DNA of 55,657 bases from Phaeosaccion multiseriatum (GCA_965112735.1 CBCOSG010000004.1:1-55657); one strand, 5' to 3'. Counted from the stretch's first letter, positions 1 to 9,860 are shown. The notes: generated by a model from the sequence alone, not told the origin. A program made the numbers and translations.

Positions 1-1651
1 TAAAAAGTTCCAAAATTTGGGCAGAATAATTTTTGTGTACATAATTTATTAAAGTATAAAAAATATTTTTTACATTAGAATCTAGGCTGATATTTGAAAT
101 TTCATTATTAGCCAATTTTTGTAATAATTTTTTAAATTGACTACGGGCTTTAAATTCAGGATTACCTCCTAATAATATATCCGTTCCTCGGCCTGCCATA
201 TTGGTCGAAATAGTTATGGAGTTCAAGCAACCTGCTTGTGCAATAATTTGTGATTCTAATTTAGTAGTTTCGGGTTTAGCATTTAAAAGTTGGTGTGGAA
301 TCTCATACGCGGCCAACAAAAAAGAAAATATCTCAGAATTTTCAATTGTTGTAGTTCCTACAAGAATTGGACGACCTGTTTTATGAATTTCTTTAACTTC
401 TAGACAGATAGCTTTCCATTTACTAAATTGATTAAAATAAATTAAATCTGATAGATCTTTCCGTATAATGGGTCTAAATGTTGGTAAGACGACAACAGCT
501 AAATTATAAGTATTTTCAAATTCAAGTTGCTCAGTTTTAGCTGTTCCAGTCATTCCTGACAATTTAGGATATAAGCGGAATAAATTTTGATATGTAATCG
601 ATGCTAAGGTTTTTGTCTTTTGTAAATTTGTTAATCCTTCTTTTGCTTCAATTGCTTGGTGTAAACCTTCTCCCCATTTTCGTCCTTCCATACTTCTTCC
701 AGTAAATTTATCTATAATAACAACTTCATTATTTTGAACTATATAATCAATATTACGAAGAAATAAGCATTTTGCTCTAATTGCATTTAATATGTAACCG
801 ATCCAAGGATCATTGGTAGTATAAAGATTATCAACTTTCAGTAAAACTTTACTTATATAAAATCCTAATTCTGTTAAACTCGCAGTTTTCGTTTTTTCAT
901 CAAGTTCAAAATGAAGGTTCTCTTTAAACCGTGTTATAAGTTGATCAGCTTTAAAAAATTTATCCAATCTAACTTTGGATAAGGTTGAAATAATTATAGG
1001 TGTTCTGGCTTCATCAATTAGTACTGAGTCAATTTCATCGATAATACAAAAATTGAACCGTCGTTGAGTAATCTCATTCGTTTCTGTTACTAAATTATCT
1101 CTTAGAAAATCAAATCCAATTTCTGTATTAGTAATGTAAGTAATATCACAAAGATAATTTTGTTTCCGTTCAGCTTGTGGCATATTCTCTTTAATTAAGC
1201 CAACCGTTAATCCTAAACATTGATAAATTTTTTGCATCCATTCCATATCCCGCTGTGCTAAATACTCATTTACTGTAATAATATGAACTCCTTCAGTAGA
1301 TAGAGCATTTGTAGCGGCTGGACAACTTGCAACCAAAGTTTTCCCTTCACCAGTTGCCATTTCAGCGATTTTTCCTTCATTAAGAATTAATCCACCAAGT
1401 AATTGAGTATCATAATGTCTTAAGCCTAAAGTTCGTTTAGATGCCTCACGAGTTAAAGCAAAAGTATTAGTAATAATTGAATTTGTAAGTTTGGCATTAT
1501 TTGTCGACATAGTATTTTTTAACAAACCAATCCTTTCCTTAATTTCACTTGGTAAAAGAGTACTAAATTCATTTTCTAGTGCATTAATATTTTGAATAAT
1601 GGGCCGGTAAGTATTCCATAGTTTTTTTTCAGTAGAAAAATGTTGAATCAT
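1..1651 (-). CDS. secA: SecA, 5' part (IR copy, runs off the window start)
   Basis: Reverse complement of 14328-15978; CAT at 1649-1651. Confidence 0.93.
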   Translation of the reverse strand, partial: MIQHFSTEKKLWNTYRPIIQNINALENEFSTLLPSEIKERIGLLKNTMSTNNAKLTNSIITNTFALTREASKRTLGLRHYDTQLLGGLILNEGKIAEMATGEGKTLVASCPAATNALSTEGVHIITVNEYLAQRDMEWMQKIYQCLGLTVGLIKENMPQAERKQNYLCDITYITNTEIGFDFLRDNLVTETNEITQRRFNFCIIDEIDSVLIDEARTPIIISTLSKVRLDKFFKADQLITRFKENLHFELDEKTKTASLTELGFYISKVLLKVDNLYTTNDPWIGYILNAIRAKCLFLRNIDYIVQNNEVVIIDKFTGRSMEGRKWGEGLHQAIEAKEGLTNLQKTKTLASITYQNLFRLYPKLSGMTGTAKTEQLEFENTYNLAVVVLPTFRPIIRKDLSDLIYFNQFSKWKAICLEVKEIHKTGRPILVGTTTIENSEIFSFLLAAYEIPHQLLNAKPETTKLESQIIAQAGCLNSITISTNMAGRGTDILLGGNPEFKARSQFKKLLQKLANNEISNISLDSNVKNIFYTLINYVHKNYSAQILELF

Positions 1652-1801
1652 ACTTGTAATTTTTTATAAATATAAAAAGAAAAAAAAAGACTTTCTAGTA
1701 ATTAAGTAAAGGAAATTAGTCAGAATCGTGAGTCATTTCTATAGATGTTAGTTTGAAAATTATAATAATAAATGTGAGAGGGGGTTTAGTACTCTTTTAA
1801 A

Positions 1802-2170
1802 TTAATAAATACAGTTATAAGCTAATGGACTTTTTAATTTCGATGAAGGACCAGTAAACTCACCTATTATTACATTATTAAATCTTAGTTTTAACCAAGT
1901 AACAAAATTTTTATTGGTAGAAACAAGAGCAATATTATTCGTTAAACATTCTTTTTTTATTGATTGCAGTTCGGGAAGTTCTAAAAATTGAGGACTTGGT
2001 AATAACCAGAAATCTAAACGTTTTTCAATTGAGCGATAATATTCTACCCGTTCCCGTAGTACTTCTTCAAAAGGTTCATGAATTAAAAGAAAATTTTGAC
2101 TCCCTAAAACAAAATAGTATTGACTTTCCATTTTCATAAATTTTAAATAATGCTTACTTATTATAAGCAT
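1802..2170 (-). CDS. ycf54: Ycf54 (Mg-protoporphyrin monomethyl ester cyclase partner)
   Basis: Motifs YYFVLGSQNFL, EPFEEVLRER, DFWL and FVTWLKLR. The true start may be the downstream Met (MESQ). Confidence 0.9.
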   Translation of the reverse strand: MLIISKHYLKFMKMESQYYFVLGSQNFLLIHEPFEEVLRERVEYYRSIEKRLDFWLLPSPQFLELPELQSIKKECLTNNIALVSTNKNFVTWLKLRFNNVIIGEFTGPSSKLKSPLAYNCIY

Positions 2171-2373
2171 TTTTAATCATATTTACCCATTTAATTTATC
2201 TTTTTCTTATTTATTTATTTTTAAGCTTAAACAAAAAATGATTATACTCTGGAGCCTAACTCAATAAAACTTAAAAAAGCAAGACATAGATTTAGTAAAT
2301 TTACTTATTTTATATGTACGGATTTATATTATTTATACTAATATGCAGAATGGTATTATTAAACGTATTAGAA

Positions 2374-2467
2374 ATTGAGTCGAGTTTGGTTAACCTAGTC
2401 CTTCTTTTAAAGTTTGATAAGTAAAAACGCAAATAGATACAATCTCCATATTTTTAATTATTACAAT
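2374..2467 (+). repeat. 94-bp dispersed repeat, also upstream of clpC
   Basis: Matches 34435-34528 with about 4 substitutions; IR copy at 13514-13607. Confidence 0.9.
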
Positions 2468-2496
2468 CAACATAAATAAAAAAATAAACGATATTT

Positions 2497-2601
2497 ATGA
2501 CAGCAAATTTAATAGCCATAGGAATTGGTATAGCAATTGGGATCTCACCATTACGGGATTCCGCATTCGCAAAATTTTTAATTCTCATTACAGGAGGTTA
2601 A
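2497..2601 (+). CDS. 34-aa hydrophobic peptide MTANLIAIGIGIAIGISPLRDSAFAKFLILITGG
   Basis: Manual translation. Aligns without gaps to a 34-aa paralog at 55074-55178. The terminal GGAGG is positioned as an SD for the ATG at 2607. Confidence 0.55.
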   Translation: MTANLIAIGIGIAIGISPLRDSAFAKFLILITGG

Positions 2602-2606
2602 AAATT

Positions 2607-2911
2607 ATGACAATGTTGCATATAATAGAAAGAGGCATGTAGTAAAAAAAGGCCTGCCTTATCTGTTTCCCATTGGAAGAACAGTAAAGATTGCGCAGAC
2701 GGGAATAAATGTGACAAATTCAACAAGTCCTGTAATATTAGCAAAAAATATTACAGTCACTGTTGTTGATTGTTGCTCACCACCACCTGTACGGTTAGCG
2801 GCGCATTGTATTGGAGCGGAGGCTATTATTGCAGCCTCGGTTGTAAATCCGAATCCAATTACATTTGGGTCCGCTATGCATATGCTCGCAGAAATTTATG
2901 AAAAATGTTAA
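2607..2911 (+). pseudogene. ~95-aa Cys-containing ORF, frameshifted near its 5' end
   Basis: The SD/ATG at 2607 is out of frame with the long open frame VVKKGLPYLFPIGRTVKIAQTGINVTNSTSPV...EIYEKC. Paralog at 55180-55440. Confidence 0.6.
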
Positions 2912-2954
2912 TTAACTTAAATTATATTAATTAATATTTTTCATAAATTTCTGC
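2888..2954. terminator. 28-bp-stem hairpin overlapping the ORF 3' end
   Basis: gcagaaatttatgaaaaatgttaattaa pairs with ttaattaatatttttcataaatttctgc (one G-T pair). Confidence 0.7.
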
Positions 2955-3363
2955 TAGATACTCTCAGGCGTACTGGTGCGGATCCCCCTGCCAGGCAAAA
3001 TTGTCTGCATCTCATCGCTAAAGGCTATTTCCTATGGGTGTATGAGCATAAGGGATCTATGCAATGCCCAACCTAAAAATCTATTATGTTAGATTCTAGG
3101 TTAGCATTTTCGCATTATGTTAGGCAGGTAATTAGAACTCTGCTATTTACACAAAGTTTAATCCTGTCTGCTTTTTTCGGCGTCATTACTCGTGTGTATT
3201 TAAACGGCACTATTGTGTAAATAAGTCTTGTAAATTAATACATTATTTAAAAATTCAATTTTTAAAAAATCATTAAAGCAAATAAATATAATAAATTTAT
3301 TTACTTTAATTTTATATATTAGGATTTTTTATATAGTTAGAGAGTTATTAATAGAAAAAATAG

Positions 3364-3435
3364 TCCTCAGTAGCTCAGTGGTAGAGCAATCGGCTGTTAA
3401 CCGATTGGTCGTAGGTTCAAATCCTACCTGGGGAG
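3364..3435 (+). tRNA. trnN: tRNA-Asn(GUU)
   Basis: Cloverleaf; anticodon loop CTGTTAA; GGTTCAAATCC T-arm. Confidence 0.95.
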
Positions 3436-3502
3436 TTTATAGAAATTATAATTTATTTATTAATGTTGTAGAATTTAGATAAATATTAATAAATAAATTT
3501 TC

Positions 3503-4309
3503 ATGGTTTTAACAAATAAATTAATAATTGGGAACAAAGCTTTTGATTCACGTTTAATGTTAGGGACTGGAAAATATAAAGATTTAAAAGAAACAAAAGA
3601 GAGTATTTTACAAAGTAAATGTGAGATTATTACAGTTGCAGTTCGTCGACTTGATTTACAAGGTATAGAAAAAAACTCAAATTTAATTAACTCTTTAAAT
3701 TGGGATAAATTATGGCTACTTCCAAATACTGCAGGGGCAAAAACTGCTGAAGAAGCTATTAGATTAGGATTTTTAGGGAGAGAGATTGCTAAAAAAATTG
3801 GTCAAGTGGATAATAATTTTGTGAAACTTGAAGTTATTTCTGATTCTAAATATTTATTACCTGATCCAATTGGGACTATTAAGGCAGCAAAATTTTTAAT
3901 CAAGAAAGGATTTACAGTTTTACCGTATATTAATGCTGACCCTATGTTGGCTCAACACTTGGAGGATATTGGTTGCTCTACTATTATGCCTTTAGGCTCA
4001 CCCATTGGTTCGGGACAAGGAATTAAAAATTTAACAAATATTAAAATTATTATCGAAAATGCCAGTATACCTGTTATAATTGATGCTGGAATAGGAAGCC
4101 CTAGTGAAGCTGCGCTAGCTATGGAGATTGGTGCTGATGGGGTACTAGTAAATACTTCAATAGCCAAATCTAATAACCCAACTCTAATGGCAAAAGCGAT
4201 GAAAAATGCAGTAAAGGCTGGGTACCAGGGTTATTTAGCTGGTTGTATTAAATCTGAACCTTTTGCACAAGCAAGTTCTCCTATTTATGGAAGTAGCTTT
4301 TTAAATTAA
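3503..4309 (+). CDS. thiG: Thiazole synthase ThiG
   Basis: Motifs [34 protein letters not shown] and DAGIG. Confidence 0.97.
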   Translation: MVLTNKLIIGNKAFDSRLMLGTGKYKDLKETKESILQSKCEIITVAVRRLDLQGIEKNSNLINSLNWDKLWLLPNTAGAKTAEEAIRLGFLGREIAKKIGQVDNNFVKLEVISDSKYLLPDPIGTIKAAKFLIKKGFTVLPYINADPMLAQHLEDIGCSTIMPLGSPIGSGQGIKNLTNIKIIIENASIPVIIDAGIGSPSEAALAMEIGADGVLVNTSIAKSNNPTLMAKAMKNAVKAGYQGYLAGCIKSEPFAQASSPIYGSSFLN

Positions 4310-4385
4310 AAAAGAATATAGTACTTCTAGGATATTAAGTTATAAGATTTTACTTTTATATTCAAATAAATTCTGGAGATAAGAA

Positions 4386-4631
4386 ATGTCACATGGTGTA
4401 AAAATATACGATACTTGTATTGGATGCACTCAATGTGTTCGAGCTTGTCCAACCGATGTTTTAGAAATGGTGGAATGGGAAGGTTGTCGAGCATCACAAA
4501 TGGCTTCTGCACCACGGACAGAAGATTGTGTTGGTTGTAAGCGTTGTGAATCAGCTTGCCCTACTGATTTTTTAAGTATTCGAGTTTATTTAGGTGGAGA
4601 AACAACTCGTAGTATGGGCTTAGCTTATTAA
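4386..4631 (+). CDS. psaC: Photosystem I Fe-S subunit PsaC
   Basis: Two CxxCxxCxxxCP motifs; ends TRSMGLAY. Confidence 0.99.
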   Translation: MSHGVKIYDTCIGCTQCVRACPTDVLEMVEWEGCRASQMASAPRTEDCVGCKRCESACPTDFLSIRVYLGGETTRSMGLAY

Positions 4632-4722
4632 ATTTTTTTCATTAAAGTAAGAACATTCTTTCTTTATAGGATAATAGATAGCTATCATGATAATAGCTAA
4701 ATTCCAATCAATTAATTTATAA

Positions 4723-5646
4723 CTATAAAACCCAACCGTAACTATGTAATCCTTGTCCTAAAAAATTTACTCCTAGGTAACATACCCAAACTACAAAAAA
4801 ACCTAAAGCAGCCAATGCTGCAGGGGCTTCTCCAGTCCATCCTTTAATAATTCGAGCGTGTAAATACGCAGCAAAAATTAACCATGTGATTAAAGCCCAA
4901 GTTTCTTTTGGATCCCAACTCCAATATGAACCCCAAGCCTCGTTAGCCCAAACCGCTCCTGCAATAATGCCTATAGTTAGGCATGGAAAACCAAAACTGA
5001 TAATACGGTAACTTAAACTATCTAAATTAGTTAATAATTTCTTTTTAGAAGAATGCTCAGTAAAAGTAGAGGTTAAATACACTTCCGTAGCTTGAAGTAA
5101 ATTAGATTTTTTTAATGGAATTAATTTTACAGATTTTCTATTTAATTTCTTATTCCGTAAAATTAAAAATAAAATCGATAACAAAGAACCAGTTATTAAT
5201 GTTCCGTAACTTAACATCATTAAACTAACATGCATCATTAACCAATTTGATTGGAGTGCTGGGACTAAAGGGCTAGCTTTTTGCAGCTCTAATGGTAATG
5301 TAAAACTAGCAAAAGTATTAATTAATAATACAACGGGAAGAATAATTGCTCCAATTATTTTATTTTGAGCATTTTTCTCTAATACTATTTGTAAAAACAA
5401 TAAAATACATGATAAAAATATTAATGATTCATAAAGATTACTTAGGGGAAAATATCCATGAAGAACCCAACGACTTCCCAAAAAAATTGATAAAATGAGT
5501 GCAGCAATTTTTGAAGTAATATTTCCTAATCGGTATAGAGAATGAAAATTAGAAAAAACTAAATGAATCCAGTAAGATAACATTGCAGAGAATAAACAAA
5601 CGAAGCTTATATTTATAAATAAATTTTGGTAATTATCGAATAACAT
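4723..5646 (-). CDS. ccsA: Cytochrome c biogenesis protein CcsA
   Basis: WANEAWGSYWSWDPKETW tryptophan-rich motif. Confidence 0.98.
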   Translation of the reverse strand: MLFDNYQNLFINISFVCLFSAMLSYWIHLVFSNFHSLYRLGNITSKIAALILSIFLGSRWVLHGYFPLSNLYESLIFLSCILLFLQIVLEKNAQNKIIGAIILPVVLLINTFASFTLPLELQKASPLVPALQSNWLMMHVSLMMLSYGTLITGSLLSILFLILRNKKLNRKSVKLIPLKKSNLLQATEVYLTSTFTEHSSKKKLLTNLDSLSYRIISFGFPCLTIGIIAGAVWANEAWGSYWSWDPKETWALITWLIFAAYLHARIIKGWTGEAPAALAALGFFVVWVCYLGVNFLGQGLHSYGWVL

Positions 5647-6121
5647 ATGTACAAATTTTATTAATTACTATATTCTATATTATATCATATAATGTACACT
5701 ATAGTAATTAGTAGAAAAAAATAATATGTCTTACGAAAATAAAAAACTAATTACAATATTGCAACAAGGGTTAAAAATTCGAGAAAATATAAAATATAAT
5801 TATTACCTGATCACTGCAAACGGAGGACTGGGACGAATAATTTATAAAGAATAAAAAAAACTGTATCGAATTAAATACATTCTGTATAATCAGTCAAATT
5901 TAATAGCTTTTGGGAAGTTCTACTTAATAAGTTTAAATTGAGCTGGATCTAAACAACAAACTTATCAATATGTTTTAAATAAAAAGGAAAGGTAAGAGAA
6001 AATGAAAAGACTTTGTGATTAGACAAATAAACTCACTTTATAATTTAAACTATGGACAATATAAGGCTTTTAGTATTATTATATATAGGGGAATTTTAGA
6101 TTTATCAACAGAGTTTTTCTT

Positions 6122-6436
6122 ATGAAATATGCTATCATTGAAGCTAGTGGGAAACAATTTTGGGCCGAATCTGGTAGGTTTATTGAATTAAACCACATAC
6201 AACAAGAATCTGGAACCCAACTTTTATTTAACCGAATTTTATTTGCCCGAAATCACGACTCTGTATTTATTGGACAGCCTTATCTAGAGAAAATAAAAAT
6301 AGAAGCAGTGGTAGATAGCAATATTTTAGGTCCAAAAATTATGGTTTATAAAATGAAACCGAAAAAAAAATACAGAAAAAAAATTGGTTATCGTCAAAAA
6401 TTAACACGAATATTTATTGAAACAATTATATATTAA
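6122..6436 (+). CDS. rpl21: Ribosomal protein L21
   Basis: Motifs MKYAIIEASGKQF and KMKPKKKYRKKIGYRQ. Confidence 0.97.
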   Translation: MKYAIIEASGKQFWAESGRFIELNHIQQESGTQLLFNRILFARNHDSVFIGQPYLEKIKIEAVVDSNILGPKIMVYKMKPKKKYRKKIGYRQKLTRIFIETIIY

Positions 6437-6447
6437 AAAAAAACAAT

Positions 6448-6694
6448 ATGGCACATAAAAAAAGGAGCCGGTAGTACAAAAAACGGCCGTGATTCAAAAT
6501 CTAAACGTTTAGGGGTAAAATGTTACCAAAACCATAAAGTAAAAATTGGGAATATTTTAGTAAGACAAAGAGGTTTAACTATTAAACCTGGCCAAAATAT
6601 TGGTGTTGGCAAAGATTTTACATTATATGCTTTAAAAGCAGGTGTAACGATGTACCGAAAAACAAAAACAAAAACTTTAATCTATATTTTATAA
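6448..6694 (+). CDS. rpl27: Ribosomal protein L27 (extra A in a homopolymer at codon 5-6)
   Basis: Reads [24 protein letters not shown]...GNILVRQRG after removing one A; the other IR copy has the correct 6-A run. Confidence 0.9.
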
Positions 6695-6708
6695 ATTTAA
6701 ACTGCTTT

Positions 6709-7800
6709 ATGATAGAAAATAATACTGAAAATAATACCATAGAAAAGTTGTATCCTGATCAACATCTATGAGCTCTAAACTAAATCTTATAATACCAGAA
6801 AGTGCTATCAATTAATAATCTTAAAAAATGGGACCATAGATACAACACTCTATGATTCAGTACGTTGCTAGTACCTATAACAAAATTGAAAGTGGAGCAA
6901 TAAGACTTCCTGCAGAATCATTAAAACAACTCAGAGACTTATTAGATAATGAAGATGTTACACCTGAAGAATTTATTCGTAGAACAAGTGAAATAAGTGT
7001 ATCCGGACATAGTATATTTTGGAAATTAAATCTTATTGTAAAAGATATTTTAAAGTTAACTCTTCAGTTTTGTATCTATTGTCAACATTGGGTCTCACAG
7101 TTTTTACTATTATTATGGGGATTCTTAGTGTAGCTTTAATATGCAAATATATATATATAAGTATTATTATGGAGATTAGGGTCTATTAAATCGGAAAGCT
7201 TTTTATTATAATTATTATACAAAAATATATAGGTAAACCAATTATCAAACAAGTATTACAGATAGACTTATCGCACCTTTGGGGTATTTATTTCCCTTCA
7301 TAGAAGGATGTGATGCTTTTCATTATATGATGACACCCCAATTAGGTTATCTTCAATTCTAATGTTTCCACCTTTTTATAGGAAAACTTGTTTAGAAAGT
7401 GGATACCAAATGACTAGGTGGTTATGCTGGTACTTTTTACCTATTTAATAATTTATGGTGCATTTATAAGAAAGAAATTCCCAGAATCTCGACTAATCCG
7501 ATATCATTTTATGTACGGATTATTTATTAGTAATTTCTTTCGAATCTTGTTTTACCAATAATTTTACCCAAGTTGGTTCCGCTATTATGAGAATCTTGGT
7601 GATATTAATAAACTTATAAGTTTTAGTGTAGTAGGTATGGGCGTTTTATTATGGTATATTGGGCCTGGAGTTTTTCATGCTTTAACAGGAACATATGTAG
7701 GCCAACCCTTCTTTAAGGGATTAATATTGAAATACATCTAATGGATCGTGATTTGATCAAATGGGAAGACGATTTTAAATGGTGGGATAGAAGGTAGTAA
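6709..7800 (+). CDS. Tic20/Ycf60-like protein with N-terminal extension (broken by indels)
   Basis: Fragments DRLIAPLGYLFPFIEG (~7261), IYGAFIRKKFPESRLIRYHFMYGLF (~7450-7525) and FHALTGTY (~7675) appear in Tic20 motif order. Ends are approximate. Confidence 0.55.
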
Positions 7801-7859
7801 ATATTTATTATTTAATACGACTTTCAAATAAATTAAAATTTTATTTGAAAGGTTTATCT

Positions 7860-9275
7860 GAGTTAAGAATAACTATTTTCTGATTTTTCTCATTTAGAAA
7901 CTTCAAATTTGATTTTTGCTCTATTAGTTTTCCCCCCATAAAACAATCCATTTGAACTTTCTAAAAGCCATAATTCAGAAAATAGAAATATAACTTAGAT
8001 AAACCTTGCTAATAAAATTTCAATTTAAATAAAAATCCAGTATATAATAAACAGTTACTTCCTTCTATCCCACCACTTAAATTTGTCAGCCCAGTTGATA
8101 AAATCAATATCCATTAGTTGTAATGAATCTAATATTATCCCTGAAGAAGATATTGTCATTGATATGTTATATTAGATATGAAAATTTCCAGTCTCAGTAT
8201 AGATCTGAATCTCGTCAGAATTTACTACACTAAAACTTATAAATTCCTTTTTGTCACCAAGTATTCTTTGGTGGGTGGTAACCAACTTAACCAAAATTTT
8301 TGATCCTGTAAGTTTCGACCGAACTGGCTAATTGTAGAATCCCCTTATTTTTAATAGTTTTGATTCTAATGCCGGTCACCCCCCAATTTCTGTTCTGATA
8401 AATGCAGTTAAACCATTAGAAACTAATGGTTTAGCATAACCAGATAGTGTTTGAAATCCATTTTCTTTACCTTTTCCTGCTAATAAGGTGGAAATATTAG
8501 AATAAAATTGCCGGATTTTTTTCTTTACTATAAGATACCCATCAAAGTCATTTATGAACGAAATGCTTGTTGTTGAATATATGCTGAATTACCTAGTTTA
8601 GTAATATTTTGAGTATGAAAAATTTCAGTTTTTGGTATAAATTCCTGTGCATTAAATCCATTAATACTACCGATAATACTACCCCCTAAAATACAAATAA
8701 TACTTAGATGAACTATAATCGGACCAATACGCCCAATCAGTCCCTTATAAGCATACACTGTTAGAGATTGTTGAAATATAGAATACTGAAAATCATTAAA
8801 TTTTTTAATTATTATAATTCAAAGCTTTTTAGAATAATTATCAGAATAATTTATATATATAGTTTGCATATTAAATTGACACTAAGCTTTTTTATAAAAA
8901 TAATATCTACTTGAAGCAAATTTTAATAGTACAAAATGGTAGAGTTAACTTGTAAAAAATCTTTTACAACTTATTAAACATAGTCCAAAATATAACTAAC
9001 AACAAAAAAAACCATTAGAGTGTTCTACGTATATATGGTTTAATCCAAAATAAATTATCCAATTGTCTCTGAGAATTTTAATGATTCTGCAAAAAAAATA
9101 TATTTTTAGAGTATATTTCTTGATAAAAGTACTAAACGTACTTTTTCTTGTTCAATAATTGATCCCAATGCACTAAATAAAGCAATTAATGGTATAATAA
9201 GATTTAAAATAGGCTAATTGTAAGTTGTCAGCATACAATTTTTCTATGAAATTTTTTTAACAGTAATATTAACTA
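7860..9275 (-). CDS. ccs1: Cytochrome c biogenesis protein Ccs1 (many apparent indels)
   Basis: Fragments LQLA..LIALFSALGSIIEQEK, YAYKGLIGRIGPIIVHLSII and C-terminal GGKTNRAKIKFE. Ends are approximate. Confidence 0.85.
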
Positions 9276-9291
9276 TAATAAAAGTTTAAAT

Positions 9292-9534
9292 TTATAAAAT
9301 AAACATTAAAGTTTTTGTTTTAATTTTTCGGTACATCCTTACACCTTCTTTTAAAGCTTATAATGTAAAATCTTTGCCAACACCTATTTTTTTGCCGACG
9401 TTTCTTAATTATACCTTTTTGTCCGGTTTTTGTTCCCAATTTTTGCACGGAAACCTGGAAACATTTTACCCCTAAACGTTTAGATTTTGATCACGGCCGT
9501 TTTTTGTACTACCGGCTCCTTTTTTATGTGCCAT
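9292..9534 (-). CDS. rpl27: Ribosomal protein L27 (IR copy, garbled 3' half)
   Basis: Intact [14 protein letters not shown] start, followed by indels. Confidence 0.8.
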
Positions 9535-9545
9535 ATTGTTTTTTT

Positions 9546-9860
9546 TTAATATATAATTGTTTCAATAAATATTCGTGTTAATTTTTGACGATAACCAATT
9601 TTTTTTCTGTATTTTTTTTTCGGTTTCATTTTATAAACCATAATTTTTGGACCTAAAATATTGCTATCTACCACTGCTTCTATTTTTATTTTCTCTAGAT
9701 AAGGCTGTCCAATAAATACAGAGTCGTGATTTCGGGCAAATAAAATTCGGTTAAATAAAAGTTGGGTTCCAGATTCTTGTTGTATGTGGTTTAATTCAAT
9801 AAACCTACCAGATTCGGCCCAAAATTGTTTCCCACTAGCTTCAATGATAGCATATTTCAT
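9546..9860 (-). CDS. rpl21: Ribosomal protein L21 (IR copy)
   Basis: Translation identical to 6122-6436. Confidence 0.97.
   Translation of the reverse strand: MKYAIIEASGKQFWAESGRFIELNHIQQESGTQLLFNRILFARNHDSVFIGQPYLEKIKIEAVVDSNILGPKIMVYKMKPKKKYRKKIGYRQKLTRIFIETIIY

Larger units (their letters stand above)
1..6694. repeat. Large inverted repeat, arm A (truncated by the window start)
   Basis: Reverse complement of ~9292-15978. Paired coordinates sum to 15979-15982 (thiG 3503/12479, secA 1651/14328). Until rpl27 the only differences I noticed are homopolymer lengths. Confidence 0.95.

Noticed and set aside
201-386. 61-aa ORF (and IR copy 15593-15778)
   Set aside because: Antisense shadow of secA.
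2497-2601. 34-aa peptide ending in GG near thiG as a possible ThiS
   Set aside because: Half the length of ThiS, hydrophobic and without a beta-grasp pattern; the GG codons are explained by the overlapping GGAGG SD.
3952-4515. Minus-strand ORFs over thiG and psaC (and IR copies)
   Set aside because: Antisense shadows of real genes.
7860-9534. ccs1 and rpl27 as true pseudogenes
   Set aside because: These are important genes, the errors are confined to the spacer and its edges, and the two rpl27 copies break at different places. An assembly artefact is more likely.
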